DNA of 63,737 bases, filler included, from Stramenopiles sp. TOSAG23-2 (Eukaryota), in assembly GCA_900128395.1 (NCBI GenBank). It is 19 parts of 19 records of this genome, joined end to end, with 100 filler letters (N's around TTAATTAATTAA, not from the genome) between each part and the next. Parts side by side here need not be neighbours in the genome. Positions count along the whole stretch, not along the records: positions 10,121 to 13,387 come from LT651284.1; positions 13,488 to 16,752 come from LT651285.1; positions 16,853 to 20,116 come from LT651286.1; positions 20,217 to 23,480 come from LT651287.1; 15 more parts are not named here. One strand, 5' to 3'. The notes beneath the pieces were generated by a model. That model ran no database searches. It saw nothing but the letters and a program-made list of their open reading frames with translations, and had not been told where the DNA came from. Below, piece after piece: positions 10,524 through 22,738 of the stretch; position 1 is the stretch's first letter; the number at the start of each line of letters is the position of its first letter. The position numbers and the translations under genes are program-made.

Positions 10524-11273
10524 TTATTGCCTACTTTTTTGTAACCATTTCGTTCCAATAGCTGTTGCTCTTACTTTGATATCATCATAATGTAATTTAT
10601 ATCCCATAACTGTACCAACAATTGCACCACTTAAATGTGCAACGTGTGAAACAGAATCTTCACCACTTCCAACAACAAATAATTGTGCTATAATTTCTTT
10701 ATTTACCCATAAACATACTTGCAAAACAAATGTTAAAGGTATTGTACCAGTTCTTAAACTAACTAATGAATTTAATAAAATCAACATAAATACAACGCCA
10801 CTAGCACCTAATTGCACTGATGTTTCATTTGCAAATAACATATGTGCTATGGATGAGGCAATACATACATATCCAACTAATTTTGATAAATTTTTAAATC
10901 CAAACTCACGTTCACAAGCAGGTCCAACTAATAATAAATTAATCATATTACCAGTTAAATGCTCCCAACCCGTATGTCCAAGGATTTGACTAAAAATACG
11001 TATGTAATGTCCTGGATTTGTCCATACAAAATATTTAAATGGCATTATGCTAAAATAATTTATTATAAATTTCTGTCCAATTAAAGTATGTAATATTTGT
11101 ACAATTAAGCATAAAAATGCAAAGGTTAAAGTAAATGGGGCATCAATATCAATTTTTCCAATATATTTCGAAATTGTTGGACCAACATAAGGTTTACAAC
11201 ATAATGATATACGTCGTGGTATCGATTGTATCCCATCTTCAATAGTATCAGCAACTATGTTTGTCGTCGTCAT
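10524..11273 (-). CDS. Rhomboid-family intramembrane serine protease
   Basis: HLTGNM (HxxxN), catalytic GASG and AHLSGA motifs; about 6 TM segments. Confidence 0.9.
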   Translation of the reverse strand: MTTTNIVADTIEDGIQSIPRRISLCCKPYVGPTISKYIGKIDIDAPFTLTFAFLCLIVQILHTLIGQKFIINYFSIMPFKYFVWTNPGHYIRIFSQILGHTGWEHLTGNMINLLLVGPACEREFGFKNLSKLVGYVCIASSIAHMLFANETSVQLGASGVVFMLILLNSLVSLRTGTIPLTFVLQVCLWVNKEIIAQLFVVGSGEDSVSHVAHLSGAIVGTVMGYKLHYDDIKVRATAIGTKWLQKSRQ

Positions 11274-11922
11274 GTTTTTATTAGTAACAAATTGTTATGA
11301 ATATACATATGATATGTATGTATTTTTTTGTTTTTCCCCTTTCTTCTTTATAATCATGTTGTTCTATATTTAATATTTATTTAATTTCAAAATCAATATT
11401 TTTTATGAAAAACAACGTAAACGGGGCGGCGGGCGGCGGGGGCGATGAAGAAAGAACACAAACTATATAAGAAGGGCAGAAGGGCGGGGAGGACACCGCG
11501 TTAAAATTAGAGGAAAGTTTCTGCCGTTGAGAAAGCTCGTAACTATTACGGATTATGTTTTCTTTATATAAAATAATATATAATTTACGTCTCTCTCGTT
11601 AAAATATATTTATATTTTACGACGTACACGAGACGTATATATTTTTTTTAATCAATCCGCCTCTCACTCACGCATACTAAGTCATATATAAACACTCACT
11701 CTCTCAAAGACACATGTGTCTTCTTCTTCAAATCTCCCATGAAGAAGATACGTCTGTTGTTTCATAATTCATGTGGATGTACATATATAATATTTAAAAT
11801 ACCCCCAATTGAAGTATATCCTAAATAATATAAAATACATAAATCCAATCCGGTCGCGGCATCTCCTCGTTTCTCAAATCATTTTTGTTAAAAAAAACTC
11901 CTCAACAAAACAAACAACACAT

Positions 11923-13203
11923 TTATTTAAATTCCAATGCATCATATAAGATTTTACCATCACTTGGCATGGTAGTTACACCACCAGTTTTACCATCTGG
12001 ATAAATATTAAACCATGCTTCTTCCAATGTTTTTTTATCTTCATCTTTCGTGATGTCCAATTCTCTCCATGTCCAATATTCAGCATCTGGGTTGTTTTCA
12101 ATCATATGTTTGCTACCTTCTTTGGAACGTATTAAATATGCACCACGTAAAAAGATATTACCTTTACCACCACTTTCTTCCGTACCTGGATTCGATAAGA
12201 TTTGTACCGTACCAAATGCATATTTTCTTAATGGATCACAACGTTGAATAAAACCAGTAACTAAATTACTTGTTTGCCATAAGATCGTATTGTCATCATC
12301 GTAATTATATTTACATGCATATACGGTCCAACCAGCATTGTCATACATGTCGTAAAATTGTTGCATCACACTTGCTTTGTCTTTGGTATTGGAATATATT
12401 TTTTTCCATACATCTAATACCAAAGGTGATTTTGGTAAATCTCTCATGATTTCTTTTAAACCTTTTGGTTTTTCTTTTTTTTTTGGTGCTTCTTTTTTTG
12501 GTGCAGCTGCTTTCTTTTCTTTTTTCTTTTTGCCACCACTGCTTTTTCCACCTTTCGCAACAAGTGCTTTGTTGCACATGGTAAATACATTACCAACAAC
12601 AGCTTGAAATTCTGGTTGTGCCGCACAGGTTTGTATCCAACGACTTACGTTACCATATGGTTTACGATATTTTTTATCCATAACAAATTTAAATGGATAA
12701 TATAAAGCAGAAAATAAACAAATATCAGCAAGGGTTACACGTTCACCAACGAAATAAGTATTTAATGATAAATGATTATCCATTGCTTTTAATGATTCGC
12801 CTAAATGTTTTTTTGCTTCATTTGTTGCTTCGCCATTTGCTTCCATGTATCCTAAAATTGGATATACCCACATCGTTGCTGGTACTTCGACTTCGTTGCT
12901 ACAGAAATCCATCCATGAATCAACTTGTCCACTTTCAAAGAAAGAGTTACCATATAAACCATTGTCACCACGTAATCTTGCAATGTAACGTGCGATCGCA
13001 TTGGATTGGCTGATGCATCCATCTTTTGTTTTCAATACAGGTACTTTACCCATTGGTGACATTTGTAAGAATTCATCTGTAGTATTGTCTTTTCCCATGG
13101 TAAATGCTGGTACATCTATTGTTAAACCACTGTATTCAGCTGCAATTAATGCTTTAAATGCACGAAAATTAGTTGGAAAGGTATATAATGTTAATGCGGA
13201 CAT
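11923..13203 (-). CDS. EEF1G: Translation elongation factor 1B gamma
   Basis: GST-like N-domain (RAFKALIAAEY, PMGKVPVL, SNAIARYIA), Lys-rich linker, C-domain (LDVWKKIYSN, NLVTGFIQRCDPLRKYAFG). Confidence 0.96.
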   Translation of the reverse strand: MSALTLYTFPTNFRAFKALIAAEYSGLTIDVPAFTMGKDNTTDEFLQMSPMGKVPVLKTKDGCISQSNAIARYIARLRGDNGLYGNSFFESGQVDSWMDFCSNEVEVPATMWVYPILGYMEANGEATNEAKKHLGESLKAMDNHLSLNTYFVGERVTLADICLFSALYYPFKFVMDKKYRKPYGNVSRWIQTCAAQPEFQAVVGNVFTMCNKALVAKGGKSSGGKKKKEKKAAAPKKEAPKKKEKPKGLKEIMRDLPKSPLVLDVWKKIYSNTKDKASVMQQFYDMYDNAGWTVYACKYNYDDDNTILWQTSNLVTGFIQRCDPLRKYAFGTVQILSNPGTEESGGKGNIFLRGAYLIRSKEGSKHMIENNPDAEYWTWRELDITKDEDKKTLEEAWFNIYPDGKTGGVTTMPSDGKILYDALEFK

Positions 13204-13524
13204 AATTTTTGTAAATATAACTTGTTGGTAAGTATTTTTTTTGTGTTTGTTGTTGTTGTGTGATAATATAAATTGTATTATTACTATTATAAATGTTTGT
13301 ATTTATTTTGTTGTTGTTGTACCTTCACACATATATATATATTTTTCTACATGTCTTGTGCTCTTTTTGTTTTTAATTTTTTTATTTNNNNNNNNNNNNN
13401 NNNNNNNNNNNNNNNNNNNNNNNNNNNNNNNTTAATTAATTAANNNNNNNNNNNNNNNNNNNNNNNNNNNNNNNNNNNNNNNNNNNNGAAAGATGGACAA
13501 TGAAACCACCGATAAAAATCCTCT

Positions 13525-14643
13525 CTACTTTTTAATAGACATGTTTGTATTGTGCAGTGGGTTTTGCGCACGTTCGTCGTACTGATCTGAAATATTCATT
13601 ATTGGTTCATCAACATTGGATTCGATTTTCTTTTTTATGTTGCTGGATCGCTTATTGGATTGGTCCATTGATCTCGTTCTTTCTAGTCTTATCCTCATTG
13701 AAAATATTTCATCTTCAATTTCCTTTGATGCAGTTCCTGTTTCTCGATATATATTTCCAGTAGCAAATATCATTAATTCCATTTTCTTATCTTTAAACAT
13801 TGTATATACAGCAGATATACTAAATAATAGAATTTGGAAATAAATGGATCGTTGTATTGAACGGATCATGATTGTATATTCTTCACCTTGTATGGTATAA
13901 TGAAATAAAACTACTTCTTTATTCCAATTTCCAAATGTATTTCCATAAATATTGTAAATATTTAAAACTGTAAATAAACTTCCAATAATAATCACAAGCA
14001 TACGACTTTTTAATTTTACTGCATCAACAAATAAAAAAACATTTACTGCCAACATATATATAAATCCCATGATTGGTGATAATGAGTTCATTGGTCGTCC
14101 AATCACGATAATCCAATTTAAAATTGTTAATAGAATAATAACAACCACATTTGTTTCTTGTAACAATCGTTTTATAATTACTAACGATACATTTTTATAA
14201 TATAATATTACAGCAAATATTAATCCAATAGCAAGAAATATAATTACTGCAATTCGTAATCCAACATTTCCGTCACCAGCAAGAAGAAAACATATCAACG
14301 CAAGGAAACCAAAAAGTCCTACCCCACGTTGTCCCCATTTTACACGCCAATCCAACCAATCATCCATTATAACATCTTCACCTAATAATCTCATACTTTT
14401 ACGACGTACCGTATTATCATGATATATTTCTGCCCAAGAATTTCGACGTGGTGTATTCTTACGATTATCTTTTGGTATAGATTTTAACTCCACATCGACG
14501 TTCGTAAATGTACTTGCCTTTTTTTTTTCCTTCATAGTTTTGTGTGTAGTATCATCATTCCTGTTCTGTTTGTTATTTTGTTCGAATAATTTAAGTTTGT
14601 TTCTAAGTTCATTATATTCCTCACGTGTTGGTGGATACCCCAT
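13525..14643 (-). CDS. Hypothetical multi-pass membrane protein
   Basis: 372 aa with about 7 hydrophobic segments and soluble termini; family not recognised. Confidence 0.7.
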   Translation of the reverse strand: MGYPPTREEYNELRNKLKLFEQNNKQNRNDDTTHKTMKEKKKASTFTNVDVELKSIPKDNRKNTPRRNSWAEIYHDNTVRRKSMRLLGEDVIMDDWLDWRVKWGQRGVGLFGFLALICFLLAGDGNVGLRIAVIIFLAIGLIFAVILYYKNVSLVIIKRLLQETNVVVIILLTILNWIIVIGRPMNSLSPIMGFIYMLAVNVFLFVDAVKLKSRMLVIIIGSLFTVLNIYNIYGNTFGNWNKEVVLFHYTIQGEEYTIMIRSIQRSIYFQILLFSISAVYTMFKDKKMELMIFATGNIYRETGTASKEIEDEIFSMRIRLERTRSMDQSNKRSSNIKKKIESNVDEPIMNISDQYDERAQNPLHNTNMSIKK

Positions 14644-14703
14644 CTTCGCCTACGTATTACCAACTTGTACAATCATATATCTTCTGTTATCATTTCTTCA
14701 TCC

Positions 14704-14736
<33 letters not shown>

Positions 14737-15416
14737 CTTGGTTTAATTCTTCTTTTTTTATTATTTTTGGGTCGCTTTTTAACTACTAATAAAAAAAACC
14801 TGGTCCACAGTATTCACCTGCTATATATACGATTGATATAGCATACAAGATAGACATACCATTGTAAATGTTTGATAGAATATATTATAATATTTAGTAT
14901 ATAATAAGTACGAAGCCGGCCAAATAAATATAATCTAGTAATACCATTATATACCATGCTATGTGACGTAATATACCACTCCAGTGAATACACCAAGTTT
15001 TTGAACTATGGTATAGATATATATAGATCTATAATTTCCCATTCAAGTATAAATTATGTGTACGGGTAATTTGATAGGCGGCAGGACGAGATTTTCCACG
15101 TTCGAACGCGAAAACAAACAAACCACAAAAATTACCAAAACTTTCATCAAAAAATCGATTAAAAACGAGAAGTAAAAGCAACAACACTTTGCTCCATATC
15201 CAAAATATTGCAATTTTTTCCCATTTATAACATATTTTTGATACAGTATAGATATATATCCCCTTTGGAAAACGATAGTAAACATATAATATTGTTTCTT
15301 CTTTTTCTTTTGTTGTATCTTTTGTCAATATTTAATTTTTTTTTCCCCCCCCTACCCCACCACAAATTGAAGAGATTATTATTAATTATATAGCTATATA
15401 ATATCTATATATTTTT

Positions 15417-16610
15417 ATGATGGCATCCATGATAGCAGAGCCAACCACTACACCATCGAATGCAAATGCATTATTAAATATGATACAACGTTATCCAAAT
15501 GGTATAAAATTATCATCCTTATCACAGAATCAAGATGTAATGCAATTTGTCAATCAATTGTTACAAGCTAGGCGCATTGAATTGCAAGGCAATCCAAATG
15601 ATCCACTTTGTAAATTTGTAGAAGCAGATCGAGCGAAAAAATTATGTGCTGTTATGACAGACGTAGAAATACAAACTGTATATAGTAAAATCGAGGAAAG
15701 TGGAAATTATGGTATATGGGTACGTGATATACGATTGAAAACGAATTTAATGAAACAACGCGTAGACAAAGCATTGAAAAAATTAATCAACAATGGATTA
15801 GTGAAAGGCGTGAAATCCGTTGCATATAAGACACGTAAATTATATATGTTAGCAAATATTGAACCACATCGTGATGTTACTGGTGGTCCATGGTATACAG
15901 ATAGTGAATTTGATGAAGAATTTGTTGAACGTTTACGTAACATCATTTTATTTTCAATGAGTAAAAAAGAAGCAATGTCAGCGGAAGATGTTCAAATTGA
16001 ATTTGACTCCGATGCTAGGTATAAACAAATTTTACAAGTTAGTTTAAATATTGAAAATATATTAGAAATTTTGGATACATTATATTTTGATGGAAAAATT
16101 GAACCATTAGAACCATCAACTCGTGTGGAAGATGGTGTGAAATGTAAATTCCGTGTAAGACCAGAGCCATTTGGGAAAGCATCACGGTTAGATTTAAGCA
16201 TAAGCCCATGTTCACGTTGCCATTTGATGAATGAATGCACGGAACATGGTATTATCTCACCATATACATGCAAATATATGGATCGATGGTTAGGTATGGG
16301 TGTCACACGTGAGGAAGATATGGAAATCGATCATTTTAATAATAATTTTGATCCAAATGAAGATCCACTTGCAATGAATAACAATATGAATAATAATAAT
16401 AACAACAATCGTAATGATATGATGATTGATTTAACGACAACAAATGGTGTAATGAATAATAATAATACATTCAATCACAATATGAATGGGAATCATGTAA
16501 CAACAACAACAACTACCACTACTACTACTACTACTACTAGTAGTAATAGTAGGACGAATAATTCATTTATTAAATCAGAAGCAGATAGTATGGATTTAAC
16601 TTCATGGTAA
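15417..16610 (+). CDS. POLR3F: RNA polymerase III subunit RPC34/RPC6
   Basis: GNYGIW..I, VKSVAYKTRKLYML..IEP..VTGGPWYTDSEFDEEFV; Fe-S Cys cluster PCSRC..C..ISPYTCKYM. Confidence 0.95.
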   Translation: MMASMIAEPTTTPSNANALLNMIQRYPNGIKLSSLSQNQDVMQFVNQLLQARRIELQGNPNDPLCKFVEADRAKKLCAVMTDVEIQTVYSKIEESGNYGIWVRDIRLKTNLMKQRVDKALKKLINNGLVKGVKSVAYKTRKLYMLANIEPHRDVTGGPWYTDSEFDEEFVERLRNIILFSMSKKEAMSAEDVQIEFDSDARYKQILQVSLNIENILEILDTLYFDGKIEPLEPSTRVEDGVKCKFRVRPEPFGKASRLDLSISPCSRCHLMNECTEHGIISPYTCKYMDRWLGMGVTREEDMEIDHFNNNFDPNEDPLAMNNNMNNNNNNNRNDMMIDLTTTNGVMNNNNTFNHNMNGNHVTTTTTTTTTTTTTSSNSRTNNSFIKSEADSMDLTSW

Positions 16611-16854
16611 AATGTACGCTTCGTATCAGTACCTGGTATCATAAAACAAATAATGTGTACGACTTAAAGGTACATATAAAAGCGAGTCAAAGGATGATTA
16701 CACGCGCGTAGTATTTATATAATTTAGTTTATGCATAATTTATTTTTAATTTNNNNNNNNNNNNNNNNNNNNNNNNNNNNNNNNNNNNNNNNNNNNTTAA
16801 TTAATTAANNNNNNNNNNNNNNNNNNNNNNNNNNNNNNNNNNNNNNNNNNNNTT

Positions 16855-17916
16855 CATAAAATTTATAAAAATTCATTAAATGGATCCTTATCAGCTGCAA
16901 CTTCTGGATCCTCCTCTGATGATTTAAGCACAGGATTTAAACCATCGATGTCAGATTTGGAAATTCCATCTGAATTTCGTGGATATATGTTTAGTGGTGC
17001 ATATCGTCCAGCACGCGTAACACCGATGAGGACAGTACCATCGAATATTGTAAAACCAGATTACGCCGATGATGGTATACCACGTAGTGAATTGCGTGAA
17101 AAATCAAACAGGCGTGCACCTGTACGTAATGCCGATCAGATAAGACGTTTAAGACATGTATGTAAGCTTGGCCGAGAAATTTTAGATGTGACTGGCAAAG
17201 CAGTGAAAGCTGGAATAACAGGGGAAGAATTGGATAGAGTATGCCATAAAGCAACAATTGAACGTGGAGGATATCCAAGTCCATTGAATTACCACAATTT
17301 CCCAAAGAGTGTTTGTGTTTCACCAAATGAAGTGATATGCCATGGAATTCCAAATTGCCGTCCATTGAAAAATGGTGATATTGTGAACTTGGATGTTACT
17401 ATTTATAAAGATGGTGTACATGCTGATTTAAACGAATCATTTTTAATTGGTGATGTAGACGATGACCATGTCAAATTAGTAAAAAATTCATATGATTGCT
17501 TACAAGTTGCTGCCAATATGGTAAGACCAAGGACAATGTATCGTGATTTAGGAACTGCTATTCATAAAAAAGCAGTAAGCTGTGGATTTCAAGTAGTGAA
17601 AACATATTGTGGTCATGGTATTGGCACATTGTTTCATACTGCACCAAATGTGCCACATTATAAAAAGAACAAAGCTATTGGAATCATGGCACCTGGTCAT
17701 ACCTTTACAATAGAACCGATGATCAATGCAGGAAATTGGAGAGATACTACTTGGCCTGATAATTGGACAGCTGTTACAGTAGATGGAAAATGGTCTGCAC
17801 AATACGAACATACATTTTTAGTCACAGAAACTGGTGTCGAAGTAATGACTGGTAAGCCAGAAGCTGAAAGCAAATATAAAATGCCAGATTGGAATAGAGA
17901 ATGGTTTCAACGTTAG
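16855..17916 (+). CDS. METAP1: Methionine aminopeptidase 1, 5' partial
   Basis: YPSPLNY..FPKSVC..NEVICHGIP, DIVNLDVT, YCGHGIG, FTIEPMIN, SAQYEHT; frame open to contig edge. Confidence 0.96.
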   Translation, partial: HKIYKNSLNGSLSAATSGSSSDDLSTGFKPSMSDLEIPSEFRGYMFSGAYRPARVTPMRTVPSNIVKPDYADDGIPRSELREKSNRRAPVRNADQIRRLRHVCKLGREILDVTGKAVKAGITGEELDRVCHKATIERGGYPSPLNYHNFPKSVCVSPNEVICHGIPNCRPLKNGDIVNLDVTIYKDGVHADLNESFLIGDVDDDHVKLVKNSYDCLQVAANMVRPRTMYRDLGTAIHKKAVSCGFQVVKTYCGHGIGTLFHTAPNVPHYKKNKAIGIMAPGHTFTIEPMINAGNWRDTTWPDNWTAVTVDGKWSAQYEHTFLVTETGVEVMTGKPEAESKYKMPDWNREWFQR

Positions 17917-18447
17917 TGTGTGTGTGTTGTTAAAATCGTTTTTACAAAAAGTGTGTATAGGTACACACATCATCTCGTACTTTCGTATTTAAAATATTTT
18001 GCATTTTATATATATATTTGATATTCTGTACGTTTTATATATTTATAACGTCGTACTTCAATTTTTTAGAAGAGCATAAAAGATTTCTCTCTTTACTCGC
18101 TTGGACAACACACACTATGTGTATACATGCATGTGTATTTATACCTCTTTTATACAACACGTGCTTTTATATATTTTAAAATAAGGCACGATAATGATGT
18201 GATATTTCATTTTATTTATGTTTATTTGAAATATCGCATTTTATATATATCATAAATAAATATATATACACGATTGTCAGCAGTAAATATTTACTTTGTT
18301 TCTAATGAACAAACACTTTTTGAAAATAATATTATATTCAAATATATTTTCATTTTCTTTCATTTTTTTTGTTGATAATGTTTATATCTAAAAATAACAT
18401 CTATATACATATAAATAATACAAACGTAAAAATATCCATATACATTT

Positions 18448-19023
<576 letters not shown>

Positions 19024-19310
19024 TCAAATCTGATAATCGATATACTACTAAATATATATACTATATATGTATAACAATGTTTTTCTACTTTTACTATAAT
19101 TGATGACGACCAGCTTATTTTAATCTATTTATTCATTCTTTCATTTGATTTTTAGTGCTTCTTTCTACAGTATTATTCAGAGAGGAGGTGATCGATGATG
19201 AAAATCTAATTATAAATAGTGTTATATTATAATTTATGAGGCAGGCCTTAGTTAGATTGTTGGTGTGAATTGATAAAATTAATATTTTTGAATGGTCTTC
19301 CCAATTCTAG

Positions 19311-20023
19311 ATGGACATGTTGATAGGGAAATTAAATTCATTAAATACAAACCATATGTATTCTAATAACTGCACATTCAAACGTTTTTTAAGGGTTTTT
19401 CATATTTTACCCCAGGATACTACAGCTACAGGATACTCTACATCTAACAACTCATGTTCAGCCATATTAATATCAACACCTAGAATTGATGGAGCTAAAT
19501 ATGGTTATAGATGTGTATATCATGCTTTGCGCCTTGGATTAGTATTGGTAGAAAATAAAAATGGATGGATCGAATGCGTAAATGCTGTAGCTGCAGGTGG
19601 ATATAAGCCTGATTGGCGGATCAACTTTTATTCATATGGTGTTCCTGGTTGGACCGCAGNNNNNNNNNNNNNNNNNNNNNNNNNNNNNNNNNNNNNNNNN
19701 NNNNNNNNNNNNNNNNNNNNNNNNCTGGGTGGACCGCAGCACATTATGCTGCTTTCAATGGAAACAAAGAAGCCTTGTTATTATTACTATCATGTGATTG
19801 GTCGTATGATTTACCTGGAAAAGATGGACGTACAGTATTAGATATTTTAAAAGATGAGGGTTATGATGACCTTTATAACTACGTAAAAAATAAATATGCG
19901 AATAAATTAAATGATTATGAACGAAAAAAACAATTACGTAAACGATTGAAAAGGGAAAAAGATAGGTTTGAAAATACAAGGAAAATTTATTATGACGAAT
20001 ATGGTCGAGGTATGACAATTTAA
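19311..20023 (+). CDS. Ankyrin-repeat-containing protein; multi-exon, 5' structure uncertain, spans an assembly gap
   Basis: GWTAAHYAAFNGNKEALLLLL...KDGRTVLD ankyrin motif; the flanks of gap 19660..19724 overlap (CTGGT/GTGGACCGCAG), restoring the frame; probable intron ending TTTTACCCCAG near 19415. Confidence 0.6.
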
Positions 20024-20805
20024 AAAAAAAACAGCTGCAAATATTTTCTTTTCTTTTATTTTATTAAAATATAAAAAAAATAATCTGTAAAAAAACAATA
20101 AAAAAATATTTCAAAANNNNNNNNNNNNNNNNNNNNNNNNNNNNNNNNNNNNNNNNNNNNTTAATTAATTAANNNNNNNNNNNNNNNNNNNNNNNNNNNN
20201 NNNNNNNNNNNNNNNNCGTCGTATCTACTATATAATATTTATATATATATTTTTTCTTTCATATTGTAGTCGTCTACAAATGTAATTCTATATTTTTTAC
20301 AAAAAACAACATGTAAAGCACGTTGCTAAAATGACAAAAAAACGTGCAAACCAGGAACCTCTCTATCTATCTATATATAGGAACCACAGGCCTTAAATCC
20401 ACTATACTACAATTATGATAGAGTATATTGAATACCTTAATATAAGATTCATTACAATGATTGATGATTGGTCTATATTTTAATTTAAGTGATTTTAAAA
20501 ATACAAGTGAAAAAGTTTTGTATTCTAAAAAGATATTTACGTACATATATTGTAATTGCACCGCGTGCTATAATATTAATATCTGGCACACACTATACCA
20601 CACACTAACACACAATATAAATATACATGTAATTATGGTGATGGATATAGAAGAAGAGAAAATATATATTCAATTGTAATAACATCAACAACAATATACA
20701 AGCGTTTTGTTGAATAGAGAACAATACAAAGAAGAAGAAAGAGCACGGAATAAACATAGATTAATATATATATATAAATAAATTAAGTTATATAATTATA
20801 TCAAA

Positions 20806-22587
20806 ATGAATTCAAGGAAAAAAAATCATTTGAAAACAAATATTTCCAAACCAATTAATATTAATATACCTAGCAGTCCGGTATATACAGCAAGTAGCAC
20901 GGCAAATCAGCAAAGTCCAGATAGTGCTGCAGTATTTTCAATCGGGGTCAAAGTCGGTCGCACGACATATACTGTGCGTAATAGTACTGCTACATCTGGT
21001 GGTATCTTAGTCAATTTAGGTAAAATATGGAAAAATTTTAATAATAATTACAAAGATATGATTGATAGTGTGGATAATCCTGAAAAAGGCAATACACGAA
21101 GTGGTATTGAGTCCTTTTATCTAGGTTTGCTTTTATGGGAAAAAACTCCAAAAAAATCATTGAAAATGTTTAAAGATGCAGTGAAACAAGAACCAGGGAG
21201 TAAATTAATGCAATTGTTCCATGGATTTATTCAAACGAAATATAAGTTGAAGGATGATGATAAGAATAAAAAGAACAACAACAAAGTTGACGAATTGCAA
21301 CTTTATATGAGGAATACATTTACCATTTATGATTTTAATAATAATATAGATAACAATTTCAGTTTCATGCATCGATTGGATTTCAGTCCATTCGTATCTC
21401 CATCGAAATTATACCCGAACATTCATCGAATTATTAAATTTTGTGAAACAAGTGTTAGTGCTAGAAATTCACCTAGAAATTCACCGAATAGACGAAATTC
21501 ACCTAGAAGTGGTCTAGTAAACAGCCCTAAATTAAGTGGAAGTAGCAATTTTGGAGCACAAAATTTTGAACTTAATCGCCGACTTTCAAATATTAACGAT
21601 GTTGGCTTATCACCATGGAAGACCATTAAAAGTGGAGTCAGCTTATCACCGTCTTCCTATAAACGAAAGTTAAGTGTAGAAAAAGAAATACGAAATAAAA
21701 AATCAATGTGTATCGTTTTAAGTGGTGGTGAACATAGAATGATAACACAATTATTGACATCCATCGAGCAAAAAGATGAATATTCATATTCTTCTATACA
21801 TTTAATTGGTGGAAATAAAAAAGCATGCAACAAAGTATTAGCTGCAATTGCTTCCACCCATAATGGTGCTTTGCCATGCCCAGTCTTCATTTCCAACACT
21901 TTCAGCCATGTTACACAATCTTACGATGTAGGTATATGTCTATATAATGTAGAATTAATGTCAGAAGATTTTCGTAGAAATTGTTTTGAATGGATGAGTA
22001 AGCATTGTGATTATGTAATATTAGGCGTATTTGATATACCACAAGTTTTAAATTATACAGGTAACGAAGTCACGGAGGAAAATATATTATTGGAACCATC
22101 TCGTGTTGCGCATTTAGTACAAAGTTTTGAACATGGATTGCAAAAGAAAAATTTAAGTTTTTCAATTAACCTTTTTAATGCCAATAGCAGCAGTAGCGAT
22201 GATGACATTGTTAATGATAATAATGAAAATAGCAACTCAAAAAATAGTAATAGTAATATCAAAAGCGATTATCTATTGGATCTATTTTATAAATTATTAA
22301 TTTCAAAAGATATAAATAGAGATGTAAGATCAGATAATGCTTTTGGTCGAAATGTACCTTCGAATTATCTGAGTTTAAAGCGTTGGGTGATGGATTTGCA
22401 AGAATATGGATTTTGTATTGAAAAAGCAGAACACGTTTATGATCATTGGTGGGCTCCAGTGTATTTAATATGGGGAACGAATGCAACATTATTAAGTAAT
22501 GGCTATTCACCGACACGAAAAGGTACACCAACTCGTAAAAGTCTTCTGGCACCAGATATAAAAAGAGATACTACCCAACTCTTTTAA
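20806..22587 (+). CDS. Hypothetical protein with SP-rich insert and possible degenerate class I methyltransferase-like C-terminal fold
   Basis: 593-aa ORF; RNSP repeats; C-terminal WVMDLQEYGF..VYDHWWAPVYLIWG; fold call is tentative. Confidence 0.6.
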   Translation: MNSRKKNHLKTNISKPININIPSSPVYTASSTANQQSPDSAAVFSIGVKVGRTTYTVRNSTATSGGILVNLGKIWKNFNNNYKDMIDSVDNPEKGNTRSGIESFYLGLLLWEKTPKKSLKMFKDAVKQEPGSKLMQLFHGFIQTKYKLKDDDKNKKNNNKVDELQLYMRNTFTIYDFNNNIDNNFSFMHRLDFSPFVSPSKLYPNIHRIIKFCETSVSARNSPRNSPNRRNSPRSGLVNSPKLSGSSNFGAQNFELNRRLSNINDVGLSPWKTIKSGVSLSPSSYKRKLSVEKEIRNKKSMCIVLSGGEHRMITQLLTSIEQKDEYSYSSIHLIGGNKKACNKVLAAIASTHNGALPCPVFISNTFSHVTQSYDVGICLYNVELMSEDFRRNCFEWMSKHCDYVILGVFDIPQVLNYTGNEVTEENILLEPSRVAHLVQSFEHGLQKKNLSFSINLFNANSSSSDDDIVNDNNENSNSKNSNSNIKSDYLLDLFYKLLISKDINRDVRSDNAFGRNVPSNYLSLKRWVMDLQEYGFCIEKAEHVYDHWWAPVYLIWGTNATLLSNGYSPTRKGTPTRKSLLAPDIKRDTTQLF

Positions 22588-22640
22588 TTTGCAATATTAT
22601 TATTACGTGTGCGTTCGTACAAATATAAAAAAAACTGATT

Positions 22641-22716
22641 TGGTTAAAATCTAAGTTATAATAATTTTACATTCCGTGGTAAATACTATGCTCAATACTC
22701 TATCTCTAAGAAATAA
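22641..22716 (+). repeat. Dispersed repeat family, copy A (5' part)
   Basis: 31 identical bases (TGGTTAAAATCTAAGTTATAATAATTTTACA) plus TATGCTCAATACTC shared with the reverse complement of ~47190..47260. Confidence 0.85.
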
Positions 22717-22738
22717 ATATACTCTCACTGTCCTGTTC

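Noticed and set aside
11421-11492. G-rich run (GGGGCGGCGGGCGGCGGGGGCG) with G-quadruplex/GC-box potential upstream of rhomboid
   Set aside because: Short and without independent support; similar G/C runs occur in several intergenic regions
19645-19739. Frameshift in the ankyrin gene
   Set aside because: Gap flanks overlap by 15 bp with one synonymous difference (possible allelic bubble); merging restores GWTAAHYAA
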